A stretch of 58,673 bases of DNA from Deltaproteobacteria bacterium (GTDB lineage: Bacteria; Desulfobacterota; WTBG01; JAGOGO01): contig JAFGRE010000058.1 in the NCBI GenBank assembly GCA_016935335.1, positions 1 through 58,673 on the forward strand, given 5' to 3'. The position numbers and the translations under genes were made by a program. Position 1 is the stretch's first letter. Every line of letters starts with the position of its first letter. The notes under the pieces are model-generated. The model saw only the letters and a program-made list of their open reading frames with translations, was not told the origin of the DNA and did no database searches. Of this stretch, positions 29,152-38,936 are shown one piece after another.

Positions 29152-30498
29152 TCAGCGCAGATAAGATAATTTTTTAGGTAAAGGTCGATTTTTGCCCATA
29201 TGGTCTTCACCATAGTTTACGCTGGCGAGCGTCTCTAAGTCATCTAAGACTCTTTTTTCTCCCACGAAGGTAACCTCGTCTATCTTTTCACGAGCGATTT
29301 TACCCCCCGCCCAGGTGATGCTTAAAACGCTTTTTGCATCAAACTTGTCGTTTCCAACGATCAGATACGCATCCGAGCCGTAATGGTTTACCACTTTTGC
29401 GACCAGGGTGGAAGGTCGCAAATGGAACCCCAGATTTTTTGGCACGGGAAGTTGAATCGAATCCATGGCGGCATAGTGTCGTAGGAGTTCCTCGGCAAGC
29501 AGCTTGCTTGATCGCATCATGCGATCAGTATGGTAAAGCGCCCAGTTGACTACGCAGTTGGGGACACTGTTGCCGGGAACAGCCTGTTCCAAGAGGGTGT
29601 TTATCTTTTCGTGGCGTTCATAGAAATGGGCTAATGCGCGCGCAATTTCGAGGAGGTGGAGAATGATGGAAATTTGAGTTCGCAGCTTGTTGAATCCGGG
29701 ATCTTGGGCTTCAAGGCTGGTATCCTTAACGTAGGTGTCATAGACAGACTCTAAATTATGCATAAATAATTCAAACCGCCGAATCTTCTCTTCATTCACT
29801 TTCGCGGGGATCATTTTTGAGAGTTGTTGAGGCGGATAACGCCGATCACATTCGAGATCGTCAAACTCTTGTGTAATGTTGATGAACTGAGAACAAATTT
29901 TAATAATGCTTTCTTTCTCGTTCTTGTCCTCTTCTTCGTTGAGATTGGGGGGGAGTATTTTGTTGGAGGGAATATCATAATAGTAGTGCTCGCTGAGCCC
30001 TTGGGGGGGAAAGGATATATTGAGACGTTGGGCCTCGTTTTGGATGAGAGTGAATATTTGTATCAAGAGCTGGTTGTAATATTGCCTGATACTTTTCGTT
30101 CTCTCAAAATAGCTTTTATAGGATTTTTTGTCCTGAAAACTAAGATACCTCGTCTCAATGTGCTCGACCAGAAAGGCAACAAAGCCGAAAGTCCGGGCTG
30201 TGGCAACCAACTCCCGGAAGAAATACCAGTCTCGGTTGTTTTTTGCCCCATGGTCGTCCAAGAAATCCTCCAACTCCCTGGCGGTAACCGAAATGACGTA
30301 AAACAATCGCTTGGTGAGTAGTTTAGGGTCGACTTGCTCGCCTGCAAGACATTGACTGATTCGAAGCACATCCACCGTAGCGTTATGAACCAGCCGCAAA
30401 AACGCTTCTTCGGAAATAATCTCTTTGGCATGGTACTCTTTAGGACTATCGGCAATATTTTCGTTCGTGAACACCAGCAGCACCTCCAACGTATTCAA
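29152..30498 (-). CDS. fusion protein: about 350-aa unknown helical N-terminal region + C-terminal HPr-family phosphocarrier domain
   Basis: C-terminal 'LGFHLRPSTLVAKVV...DAKSVLSITWAGG...VTFVGEKRVLDDLETLA'. The His codon is at 29422-29424 (H359) and the Ser codon at 29329-29331 (S390). Confidence 0.7.
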   Translation of the reverse strand: MNTLEVLLVFTNENIADSPKEYHAKEIISEEAFLRLVHNATVDVLRISQCLAGEQVDPKLLTKRLFYVISVTARELEDFLDDHGAKNNRDWYFFRELVATARTFGFVAFLVEHIETRYLSFQDKKSYKSYFERTKSIRQYYNQLLIQIFTLIQNEAQRLNISFPPQGLSEHYYYDIPSNKILPPNLNEEEDKNEKESIIKICSQFINITQEFDDLECDRRYPPQQLSKMIPAKVNEEKIRRFELFMHNLESVYDTYVKDTSLEAQDPGFNKLRTQISIILHLLEIARALAHFYERHEKINTLLEQAVPGNSVPNCVVNWALYHTDRMMRSSKLLAEELLRHYAAMDSIQLPVPKNLGFHLRPSTLVAKVVNHYGSDAYLIVGNDKFDAKSVLSITWAGGKIAREKIDEVTFVGEKRVLDDLETLASVNYGEDHMGKNRPLPKKLSYLR

Positions 30499-30660
30499 AT
30501 CGCCAAGTTAGAAACCATACTTCCTACTGTGGATGGGGAGAACCAAAATCAAAAGGCATCCCTGCTTTTGCGAATGCATTGCAGATGTCTGCCTGGCATG
30601 AAAGCCTCAGCGTGTTTTGCCGAAAACGCGTCAACAAAAGATACCAAAATTTTCTATCAT

Positions 30661-30689
30661 ATAGTATAGTCTTTTGCAATTATTTACAA
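30661..30689 (-). promoter_or_regulatory. candidate sigma-70 promoter for the HPr-fusion gene
   Basis: On the minus strand: TTGTAA, 17-nt spacer, TACTAT. About 160 nt upstream of the start at 30498. Confidence 0.3.
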
Positions 30690-30743
30690 GGGCGATGGAT
30701 AAAGGGAGAAGCTCAGGTTAAAGGGTTGAGCGGCTGTTTTTGC

Positions 30744-30773
30744 TTGACAATTTGTTAAAAATGTTATTAATAT
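30744..30773 (+). promoter_or_regulatory. candidate sigma-70 promoter for the ffh operon
   Basis: TTGACA (30744-30749), 18-nt spacer, TAATAT (30768-30773), about 90 nt upstream of ffh. Confidence 0.4.
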
Positions 30774-30863
30774 TAAAAGTTTAAAATTTGTGGAGCAAGG
30801 GACTGTATATAGTCCGGGAACAAGATTCCGCGTAATCACTAACCACTAAATTTTTGGCGAAGA

Positions 30864-32195
30864 ATGTTTGATTCGTTAAACGAGAGGCTAACGGTTGTTT
30901 TCCGGAAGCTTAAAGGGCACGGGAAGCTCACCGAGGAAAATATAAAGGGGATCTTGCGTGAAATTCGATTGGCGTTGCTGGAGGCGGATGTCAATTTTCG
31001 GGTGGTAAAAGACTTTATCGAGATTCTGAGGAAACGGTCAATCGGACAAGAGGTGCTGGAAAGCCTTACACCGGCCCAACAGGTGATTAAGATTGTAAAT
31101 GAGGAAGTGACCAATCTGTTGGGTGGAGAAAGAAGTTCCCTGAACCTAACAGGATCGCAGCCGGTTCCGCTGATGTTTGTCGGACTTCAGGGGTCAGGGA
31201 AAACCACTACTGTTGGGAAAATGGCGAGGCATCTTGTGCGGGGAAATCAACAGCCGTTCTTAATTCCCGCGGATGTTTCCCGCCCTGCTGCTATTGAGCA
31301 GCTACGTCAATTAGGGGAGTCGTTGCAGGTACCGGTTTATACCCCGCAGCCCGGAGACAGTCCGGTTGCAATCTGCAAGAAGGCACTTGATGAAGCTCGG
31401 GGTCGCGGATGTGCTGCGGCGCTGATCGACACTGCCGGCCGATGGCATGTGGATGAGCCGTTAATGGAAGAATTGCGGGCAATTCAACGTGCCGTAAACC
31501 CCAAAGAAGTATTGTTTTTGGCTGACGCCATGACCGGGCAGGAGGCGGTTAACGTAGCATGCAAGTTTGATGAAGTTCTGAACATTACCGGCGTAATTCT
31601 CACCAAAATGGATGGAGATGCACGGGGGGGGGCCGCTCTTTCCATCAAGTCGGTGACCCAAAAGCCGATCAAGTTCATCGGAACGGGCGAGAAATTGGAT
31701 GATTTTGAAATATTTTACCCTGAGCGCCTGTCGTCCCGGATATTGGGCATGGGGGACATTATCACCCTGATAGAGAAGGCAGAGGCTTCTCTCGACGAGC
31801 GCAGGGCCCGAGAGGCGGAGAAAAAACTTCAGAAGGGAAGTTTTACGCTGGAGGATTTTTTGGAACAGTTGGAACAAATAAAAAAAATGGGATCTCTAGA
31901 GAGTATCCTTAGCTTAATTCCGGGCTTTAACCCGAAGGTGATGAAGGGCCTGAATGTAGACGAAAGGGAACTGGTTAAGATCGAGGCCATTATCAATTCC
32001 ATGACTAAAAAAGAAAGAAGGAACCATACGATTATAAACGCCAGTCGTCGTCGCCGCATAGCATCGGGGAGCGGAACCCAGGTCAGGGATGTTAATCAGC
32101 TGTTGAAACGCTACGAGATGGCGAGTAAAATGATAAAGAAATTGTCAAGAAGCGGCCTGAGGGGTTTGCCCCAAAAAATGTTTTTGGGGATGTAG
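30864..32195 (+). CDS. ffh: signal recognition particle protein
   Basis: 'MFDSLNERL', 'FVGLQGSGKTTT', 'DTAGR', 'TKMDGDARGGAALS', Met-rich M domain. Confidence 0.95.
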   Translation: MFDSLNERLTVVFRKLKGHGKLTEENIKGILREIRLALLEADVNFRVVKDFIEILRKRSIGQEVLESLTPAQQVIKIVNEEVTNLLGGERSSLNLTGSQPVPLMFVGLQGSGKTTTVGKMARHLVRGNQQPFLIPADVSRPAAIEQLRQLGESLQVPVYTPQPGDSPVAICKKALDEARGRGCAAALIDTAGRWHVDEPLMEELRAIQRAVNPKEVLFLADAMTGQEAVNVACKFDEVLNITGVILTKMDGDARGGAALSIKSVTQKPIKFIGTGEKLDDFEIFYPERLSSRILGMGDIITLIEKAEASLDERRAREAEKKLQKGSFTLEDFLEQLEQIKKMGSLESILSLIPGFNPKVMKGLNVDERELVKIEAIINSMTKKERRNHTIINASRRRRIASGSGTQVRDVNQLLKRYEMASKMIKKLSRSGLRGLPQKMFLGM

Positions 32196-32262
32196 CATCT
32201 GGGCAGTTTGGGCGGCGAGCGCGGTGGTGGACTGAAAGCGAAAAAGGAGGTGATACAATAGC

Positions 32263-32529
32263 ATGGTAAAAATTCGATTGACGCGTATGGGCAGCAAGAA
32301 GAAACCGTTCTACCGACTTGTGGCGATAGATTCGCGGGTGCAACGGGATGGGGGATTTTTAGAGATCCTGGGGCATTATAACCCGCATACCGATCCAGTG
32401 GAAGTGCGATTAAAACCGGAGCGAATCATTGCCTGGATACAGCAGGGGGCAAGGCCGACGGATACGGTAAAATCGTTATTACGGAAGGAGGGGATTTGGC
32501 AGAAGCTCAGCGAGAATAAAGCGGCATAG
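32263..32529 (+). CDS. rpsP: 30S ribosomal protein S16
   Basis: 'MVKIRLTRMGSKKKPFYRLVAIDSR'. AAGGAGGTG RBS. Confidence 0.95.
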   Translation: MVKIRLTRMGSKKKPFYRLVAIDSRVQRDGGFLEILGHYNPHTDPVEVRLKPERIIAWIQQGARPTDTVKSLLRKEGIWQKLSENKAA

Positions 32530-32620
32530 GTTATTCAGGTAATGTTGTTTCACGAATAATTGTCTCTTGTTATGGAAGTGAAAAGAATGTTAATTGTCAG
32601 GTGGGGGGAGGTTGTAAGCG

Positions 32621-32851
32621 ATGAAAGAACTGATCAAACACATTGCACAGGCACTTGTTGATAAACCTGATGAAGTTGTGGTGACCGAGATTGAGGGAGA
32701 AAGGACGTCGGTGCTGGAGCTGAAAGTCGCCAAGGATGATTTAGGGAAAATAATTGGGAAACAGGGCCGAACTGCCCGGGCTGTAAGGACCATTCTTTCC
32801 GCTGCGTCGACAAAGATAAATAAAAGAGCGGTTCTCGAGATACTTGAGTGA
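32621..32851 (+). CDS. KH-domain RNA-binding protein (YlqC family)
   Basis: '[12 protein letters not shown]...[28 protein letters not shown]'; 76 aa. Conserved position between rpsP and rimM. Confidence 0.85.
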   Translation: MKELIKHIAQALVDKPDEVVVTEIEGERTSVLELKVAKDDLGKIIGKQGRTARAVRTILSAASTKINKRAVLEILE

Positions 32852-32879
32852 GACGCCGGGGGGGTGGAGCTGTGTAGGT

Positions 32880-33401
32880 ATGGTCGAAGAAGAATTTCTG
32901 GAGATTGGCAAGGTTGTTAAGCCGCACGGAGTGAAGGGGAAAGTGGCAGTTGTACTGTACGGAGACTCTGCCGAGACCTTACAGCTCTCGCCGAACATCG
33001 TTATAGGAAAGGAAGAACGGCGCAAAGTGAAAGTAGTCGGCGCTTCCAGACACAAGAAGACCTATATTATGAGCCTCGCCGGAATTGATTCGTTTGAGGA
33101 TGCGCAGAAGCTGAGCGGGTCGGAAATTTTGATTTTCAAGAAGTATCTTCCCCGCCTTCCAGAGGGAGAATATTATTGGTTTGACCTAATCGGGTTACGG
33201 GTGGAGACGGAAAAGGGTAGATTCGTAGGTAAGCTTTCGCGGATATTCTCTGCCGCAGGTAATGATGTATATGTGGTTAGGAAGGAAGGCAGAGAGGTGC
33301 TTATACCCGCTACCCACGAGGTGGTAAGAAACGTTGACCTGGAAAACGGGACGATGGTAATTTATCCGCTTGAGGGGCTGTTTGACGATGGTTTTCTTTG
33401 A
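32880..33401 (+). CDS. rimM: 16S rRNA processing protein RimM
   Basis: 'LEIGKVVKPHGVKGKVAV', PRC barrel 'YYWFDLIGLRV'. ATG 32880 is preferred over the track start 32844. Confidence 0.85.
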   Translation: MVEEEFLEIGKVVKPHGVKGKVAVVLYGDSAETLQLSPNIVIGKEERRKVKVVGASRHKKTYIMSLAGIDSFEDAQKLSGSEILIFKKYLPRLPEGEYYWFDLIGLRVETEKGRFVGKLSRIFSAAGNDVYVVRKEGREVLIPATHEVVRNVDLENGTMVIYPLEGLFDDGFL

Positions 33402-34125
33402 TATTATCAGCCTCTTTCCAGATTTCTTTTCCTCAGCATTAGAGGAAAGTATTTTAGGGAAGGCGCAGGAGAAGGGATTGATAAGGGTCGGGGTTCATAA
33501 CCTGAGGAATTATGCCGGTGATAAACATCGGGTGACGGATGACTGCCCTTACGGCGGTGGAGCGGGAATGGTGCTTAAACCTGAGCCGGTGGCTGAGGCA
33601 ATTGAGAAGATCAGAGATGCTGACAGGAACGCTCAGGTGGTATTGTTGACGCCTCAGGGAGAAACGTTTACCCAAGCGCTTGCTGGTGAATTGACACACT
33701 ATGAACAGATTGTTCTTGTTTGCGGGCGATATGAGGGGGTGGATGGACGGATACGGAATTTTGTTGATAGAGAAGTTTCGATTGGAGATTATATTTTGAG
33801 TGGAGGGGAAGCGGCTGCACTGGTTGTTCTGGAGGCGGTAAGCCGCCTCGTTGATGGCGTGCTGGGAAATGATGAATCGTTAACAGGCGAGAGTTTTACT
33901 GACGGGCTTCTGGAATACCCGCAGTATACGCGGCCACAAACCTTTCGGGGTTATGATGTGCCGGGGGTCTTGCTTTCGGGAAACCATGAAGAAATCCGGC
34001 GGTGGCGCCTACGTGAGGCTCTCAAAATTACTCTCCATCGGCGGCCGGATTTGCTTAAAACAAAGGTTCTCTCAAATGAGGAACAACAGATGTTGTACGA
34101 TATTGAACGAGAAATGACGATGTGA
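33388..34125 (+). CDS. trmD: tRNA (guanine37-N1)-methyltransferase
   Basis: '[12 protein letters not shown]', '[17 protein letters not shown]', 'GRYEGVDGR', '[11 protein letters not shown]'. Overlaps the rimM end. Confidence 0.9.
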   Translation: MVFFDIISLFPDFFSSALEESILGKAQEKGLIRVGVHNLRNYAGDKHRVTDDCPYGGGAGMVLKPEPVAEAIEKIRDADRNAQVVLLTPQGETFTQALAGELTHYEQIVLVCGRYEGVDGRIRNFVDREVSIGDYILSGGEAAALVVLEAVSRLVDGVLGNDESLTGESFTDGLLEYPQYTRPQTFRGYDVPGVLLSGNHEEIRRWRLREALKITLHRRPDLLKTKVLSNEEQQMLYDIEREMTM

Positions 34126-34141
34126 TGATAGGACGAAAAAG

Positions 34142-34489
34142 ATGAAAGCAATAGAACAAATTGAGCAGGAACATTTCAAGATGGGCATAACGCCCTTCAA
34201 ATCGGGGGATACGGTCCGGGTGCATGTCAGCATTAAAGAGGGAGACAAAGAACGAATCCAGGTGTTTGAAGGCTTAGTGATTCGTAAGCGAAGGGCTGGT
34301 CTCAGGTCAACGTTTACAGTAAGGAAGATTTCTTACGGGATCGGCGTCGAGCGGATATTCCCTCTGCACTCGCCGGTGCTTGATAAGATTGAAGTGGTCC
34401 AGCGAGGGCGTGTCCGAAGGTCTCGCCTCTATTTCATGCGCACCCTGAAAGGGAAAGCCGCGCGGCTTAAGATCAAGCGACTGGTATAG
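34142..34489 (+). CDS. rplS: 50S ribosomal protein L19
   Basis: '[29 protein letters not shown]...[20 protein letters not shown]'. Confidence 0.95.
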   Translation: MKAIEQIEQEHFKMGITPFKSGDTVRVHVSIKEGDKERIQVFEGLVIRKRRAGLRSTFTVRKISYGIGVERIFPLHSPVLDKIEVVQRGRVRRSRLYFMRTLKGKAARLKIKRLV

Positions 34490-34526
34490 GGAATTCCTGG
34501 TGAGTTTGTGACGTTTCGGGGCTTCG

Positions 34527-35165
34527 ATGAATGGTAAAAAAGCCGCATCATTGCGTTGTTCACCTCCTGAGGATGACCTCTACAGACAAGGATACCGGTT
34601 TATCGCCGGTCTTGATGAAGCAGGCCGAGGTCCTCTGGCAGGTCCCGTAGTTGCGGCCGCGGTTATTCTTCCCAAGGATCACTCGCTGGAGGGTATATTA
34701 GATTCCAAAGAACTCTCACCCGTTTTTAGGGATGAAGTGTTTGATAAGATTCGGGCGCAGGCGGTGGCCGTCGGTTTCGGTGTGGTTGATCAGTGGGAGA
34801 TCGATCGTGTGAATATCCTACGATGCACGTTAAAGGCGATGGAAATTGCCGTCAGCCATTTGAATTTACCAGTGGAGTACCTTTTAATAGACGGCCTCCA
34901 CACAATCAATGCTCCGCTTCCACAGCTGCCGGTTAAACACGGGGACTATATCAGTCCTCTCATGGGCGCGGCCTCAGTTATTGCCAAGGTTATCCGTGAT
35001 CGTATTATGGATAGATTTCATGAGCTGTACCCGCGATACAACTTTGCCAAAAACAGAGGATACGGGACGCAGGAACACCGGGATGTCCTGAAGGCCTATG
35101 GATTTTGTTCACTGCATCGGAAGACATTCCAGGGTGTTCGGTGCCGTCAGGATCTGTTACTATGA
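34527..35165 (+). CDS. rnhB: ribonuclease HII
   Basis: 'IAGLDEAGRGPLAGPVVAAAV', 'DSKELS', 'LIDG', 'ASVIAKV.RD'. Confidence 0.9.
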   Translation: MNGKKAASLRCSPPEDDLYRQGYRFIAGLDEAGRGPLAGPVVAAAVILPKDHSLEGILDSKELSPVFRDEVFDKIRAQAVAVGFGVVDQWEIDRVNILRCTLKAMEIAVSHLNLPVEYLLIDGLHTINAPLPQLPVKHGDYISPLMGAASVIAKVIRDRIMDRFHELYPRYNFAKNRGYGTQEHRDVLKAYGFCSLHRKTFQGVRCRQDLLL

Positions 35166-35527
35166 GCGAACACATCGCGTTGGGAAAGGCGGGAGAAGCC
35201 CTCGGAGTTCGGCACCTAAAGAAGCTTAAATACAAGATAGTAGAACAGAATTATCGGTGCAAGTTTGGTGAGATAGATGTCGTTGCACTAGATCGGAAGA
35301 CGGTGGTTTTTGTGGAGATAAAGACACGCTCCACCAAGGAATTCGGGAGCCCCCTCAACGGAGTTACCCCCCGGAAGCAGCGTAAATTAGCTAAGGCCGC
35401 AATGGCCTATTTACAGGAGCATCAGCTATTTGACCGGGATGCCAGGTTTGACGTAGTAGCAGTTGAGGTTGATTCCGGGCAAGAGCGAATTGATGTGATT
35501 CAAAATGCATTCGAAATTTCAGCCTGA
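35162..35527 (+). CDS. yraN: YraN-family (UPF0102) endonuclease-like protein
   Basis: 'LGKAGEALGVRHLKKLKYKIVEQNYRCKFGEIDVVALD...VVFVEIKTR'. ATG 35162 overlaps the rnhB stop (ATGA). Confidence 0.85.
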   Translation: MSEHIALGKAGEALGVRHLKKLKYKIVEQNYRCKFGEIDVVALDRKTVVFVEIKTRSTKEFGSPLNGVTPRKQRKLAKAAMAYLQEHQLFDRDARFDVVAVEVDSGQERIDVIQNAFEISA

Positions 35528-35533
35528 GAGAAT

Positions 35534-36103
35534 ATGCGAAAAATGAAGAGGAACCGGCCCATGAGAATAGCGATGCTGTGCGTGTTACTGATTTGCCTTG
35601 GCGCCTGCGCAGGGAGGGGGAAAACGGTTATCCGTTCCGATCCGCCCACAGCTTACGTAAGCGTCAACGGAGTATCGGAGGGTGTTACGCCGCTGGAAAT
35701 AGAATTGGACTGCGATAAAAATAAGCACTTTGAGGTCGTCGTCTCTTTACCGGGGTATCTACCCGAAAGCAGGGAAATCTCATGCCGGCGATTCCTCGGC
35801 CGTCGAAAGGACCTTTTTGTTCGCCTAAAAGCTGGCGAGGATAACAGTGAAAAGCCACTTCCGGCAGCGTTACCGCCGACAAAGAAGAATTTTGGAACGA
35901 TTGAAGTAAAAGCATTTCCGAGCGGATCAGAGGTCTTCCTCGACGATACGTATTTAGGAACCACGCCGATAACTAAAGGCTCTGTTGACAGTGGCGAGCA
36001 TGTCGTCGAGGTTAGAAAAAACGGTTTTCAACCCTGGAAGAAAACCTTCGACCTTAAACCGGGGGCGAAACGCATCTTTTCTCCTATCCTGGAAGAAGAG
36101 TAA
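35534..36103 (+). CDS. PEGA-domain lipoprotein
   Basis: Lipobox 'LLICLGACAG'. Two PEGA-like repeats: 'AYVSVNGVSEGVTPLEIEL' and 'GSEVFLDDTYLGTTPI'. Confidence 0.7.
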   Translation: MRKMKRNRPMRIAMLCVLLICLGACAGRGKTVIRSDPPTAYVSVNGVSEGVTPLEIELDCDKNKHFEVVVSLPGYLPESREISCRRFLGRRKDLFVRLKAGEDNSEKPLPAALPPTKKNFGTIEVKAFPSGSEVFLDDTYLGTTPITKGSVDSGEHVVEVRKNGFQPWKKTFDLKPGAKRIFSPILEEE

Positions 36104-36244
36104 ACCGTCGCTAAACTCTCCGGTGCTTGTACCACGCCCGCCCAATGCCGGAATAGAGCCATCTTCCTTATTTTCGATTTTTTATTGCGCCCGTTCTTTT
36201 TTGAAAAATTCTGCCCGACAGGGTTTTGCAAATGGAGGTGACAT

Positions 36245-36310
36245 ATGGTAGAAATGGAATTTAACGTATCTGCCGGGTATGCTTATTACAGTGATTGCGA
36301 CTGGTTCTAA
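36245..36310 (+). other. possible 21-codon upstream ORF/leader of fhs (MVEMEFNVSAGYAYYSDCDWF)
   Basis: GGAGGTG lies 5 nt before ATG 36245. The TAA stop (36308-36310) is fused to the fhs RBS (TAAGAGGA), 12 nt before the fhs ATG. Confidence 0.25.
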
Positions 36311-36322
36311 GAGGATAGTCAT

Positions 36323-38086
36323 ATGGTGTATGATGCGAATCGAATGGCGGATTGGCAGATTTCCGAGGCTGCTGAGAAGAGCATGCCGAGCCCCGACGTA
36401 TGGAAGGATCGGTTGAACCTGGGAAAGGATGAGATTATTCCCCTAGGTAAGCTGTGCAAGCTTGATTTTTTTAGAATTATGAACCGGCTCCGCCACCGGC
36501 CGAACGGGAAGTATATCGAGGTAACTGCGATTACGCCGACGCCTTTGGGAGAAGGAAAGACAACCACGTCTGTAGGACTCATTCAGGGACTCGGCAAGCG
36601 CGGAAAAAATGTAGGCGGGTGTCTGCGCCAGCCATCCGGCGGACCGACCATGAATTTCAAGGGAACCGCCGCCGGGGGAGGGAATGCGTTGCTGATTCCT
36701 ATGACCGAGCTGTCATTGGGGCTTACGGGTGATATCAACGATATTATGAATGCCCACAACCTGGCGATGACTGCGCTTACGGCGAGGATGCAGCATGAGC
36801 GCAACTATACGGATGAGCAGTTGTTGCGACTGTCGAGGAAGCCGCGACTCAACATCGATCCCACCCGGGTGGAAATGGGATGGGTTCTTGATTTCTGTGC
36901 GCAGAGCCTAAGAAATATCATCGTTGGCATCGGTGGACGATTCGACGGCTTCCCTATGCAGTCAAAATTCGGTATGGCGGTAAGCTCCGAATGCATGGCC
37001 ATTCTTTCGATTGTCAAGGATCTGGCGGATATGAGAGAACGGCTCAACAATATTATGGTAGCCTATGATAAGACCGGAAAACCGGTTACAACGGGGGATT
37101 TGGAAGTTGGGGGCGCTATGAGCGCCTGGATGCGCAATACCATAAATCCCACGCTGGTGAGCACTGTTGAATATCAGCCGTGCATGGTACATGCTGGGCC
37201 TTTTGCAAACATTGCGGTCGGGCAATCATCAGTTATTGGAGATCGTCTGGGGTTAAAGATGTCTGACTATCATGTTACCGAGAGCGGCTTCGGCGCTGAT
37301 ATCGGATTTGAGAAGTTCTGCAACGTGAAGTGCCGGATGAGCGGCCTCAAGCCCAATGTGTCGGTTCTAACCACCACGATTCGGGCTCTAAAGATGCACG
37401 GCGGCGGGCCGAAGGTGGTGGCCGGTTTAGCGCTTCCCGAAGCGTATCGGCTGGAGAATCTCGAACTGGTGGAAAAGGGTTTGGTGAATATGGTGCATCA
37501 TATCGGCACCATTCGCAAAACGGGCATTAATCCAGTGGTTGCCATCAACTGCTTTCAGAGCGATGCGAAAGCTGAAGTGGCCATGGTGAAAAGGGCGGCG
37601 GAGGCGGCGGGGGCACGGTGCGCATTGTCGGAGCATTGGCTCAAGGGCGGCGACGGTGCGCTGGAGCTTGCCGATGCGGTGATTGATGCCTGCAATGATG
37701 GCAACGATTTTGCGTTTATGTATCCATTGGAAATGAAACTGCGCGATCGGGTTTCGTTTATCGCTAAGGAGGTTTACGGTGCTGACGGGGTTGCCTGGTC
37801 GCCGGAGGCGGAAGAAAAGGCAAGAATGCTTGAGGGTGATAGCCGGTATGATAACTATGCGACGATGATGGTGAAAACGCATCTGAGTCTTACTCACGAC
37901 CCTGCTCTCAAGGGAGTTCCTCGTGGATGGATATTGCCCATACGTGATATTTTGATCTACTCCGGGGCTCAATTTCTCTGCCCGTGCGCGGGTGCGGTGA
38001 GTCTGATGCCGGGGACGTGTTCGGATCCGGCTTTCCGGCGAATAGACGTTGATGTAACCACCGGCAAAGTCACCGGTCTCTTTTAA
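36323..38086 (+). CDS. fhs: formate--tetrahydrofolate ligase
   Basis: '[19 protein letters not shown]', '[17 protein letters not shown]', '[10 protein letters not shown]', '[14 protein letters not shown]'; 587 aa. Confidence 0.95.
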   Translation: MVYDANRMADWQISEAAEKSMPSPDVWKDRLNLGKDEIIPLGKLCKLDFFRIMNRLRHRPNGKYIEVTAITPTPLGEGKTTTSVGLIQGLGKRGKNVGGCLRQPSGGPTMNFKGTAAGGGNALLIPMTELSLGLTGDINDIMNAHNLAMTALTARMQHERNYTDEQLLRLSRKPRLNIDPTRVEMGWVLDFCAQSLRNIIVGIGGRFDGFPMQSKFGMAVSSECMAILSIVKDLADMRERLNNIMVAYDKTGKPVTTGDLEVGGAMSAWMRNTINPTLVSTVEYQPCMVHAGPFANIAVGQSSVIGDRLGLKMSDYHVTESGFGADIGFEKFCNVKCRMSGLKPNVSVLTTTIRALKMHGGGPKVVAGLALPEAYRLENLELVEKGLVNMVHHIGTIRKTGINPVVAINCFQSDAKAEVAMVKRAAEAAGARCALSEHWLKGGDGALELADAVIDACNDGNDFAFMYPLEMKLRDRVSFIAKEVYGADGVAWSPEAEEKARMLEGDSRYDNYATMMVKTHLSLTHDPALKGVPRGWILPIRDILIYSGAQFLCPCAGAVSLMPGTCSDPAFRRIDVDVTTGKVTGLF

Positions 38087-38177
38087 GGCGGCTGGCTGTC
38101 CATTTCCGGTTTTGTTTATGACTGTGACTACAGGGCGATTCTTCTGGTGAGTTGCCTCTGTAGGAAAGGCAGGTAGT

Positions 38178-38921
38178 GTGGGATACAAAATTGCTGTTTC
38201 CGGGAAGGGAGGGACCGGGAAGACGACCATTGCGGGATTGATTATCGGCTATCTTCTTCGCAAGGGAATGGATCCGATTCTTGCAGTGGATGCGGATCCA
38301 AACGCAAATTTTAACGAGGTGGTGGGAGTGAGCTTCGATCAGACGATCGGGGGCGTGCGGGAGAACCTTCGCAGCGATGTACCGGCGGGGATGAGTAAAA
38401 ACATATGGTTCGAGATGAAAGCCCAGCAGGCCCTGGTCGAGACTGAGAAATTCGATCTTCTGGTTATGGGAAGGCCGGAGGGGGCGGGATGTTATTGTGT
38501 TGCCAACACGCTTGCCCGACACTATATTGATGTATTGACGAGTAATTATAAGTATATCGTCATCGACAACGAAGCCGGGATGGAGCACTTCAGCCGGCTC
38601 ACGACCCATGATGTTGATTTTCTTTTCATCGTCTCTGATTCCAGCATCCGAGGGCTAAGGACGGTGGATCGAATCTTAGCCCTCATCCGAGAGCTGAACC
38701 TCACGATCGGTCGGTCGGTAGTGGTTGTCAATCAGGTGAAAAAACATGTCGGCCTTTCTTTTGAGGAGGAAGCACGGAGGCGTGGCGTTGATCTCTTCGG
38801 GAGCATTCCCTTTGACGAGGCCATTTTTGCATTGGATGCCGCGGGAAAACCGACGTATGATATTTCCGAATCATCACCGGCCGCCCGCGAACTGGGATAT
38901 CTTTTGGACTCGTTACTCTGA
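38178..38921 (+). CDS. cooC: CooC/AcsF-type Ni-insertion ATPase for CODH/ACS
   Basis: Deviant Walker A 'VSGKGGTGKTT', CxC nickel motif 'GAGCYCVAN', 'IDNEAGMEHF'. GTG start. Confidence 0.85.
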   Translation: MGYKIAVSGKGGTGKTTIAGLIIGYLLRKGMDPILAVDADPNANFNEVVGVSFDQTIGGVRENLRSDVPAGMSKNIWFEMKAQQALVETEKFDLLVMGRPEGAGCYCVANTLARHYIDVLTSNYKYIVIDNEAGMEHFSRLTTHDVDFLFIVSDSSIRGLRTVDRILALIRELNLTIGRSVVVVNQVKKHVGLSFEEEARRRGVDLFGSIPFDEAIFALDAAGKPTYDISESSPAARELGYLLDSLL

Positions 38922-38936
38922 CAGGAGGTATGTGGT

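Noticed and set aside
37427-38609. 267-aa and 179-aa minus-strand ORFs overlapping fhs and cooC
   Set aside because: These are shadow ORFs opposite strongly recognisable genes. Their composition is biased towards Arg, Pro and His.
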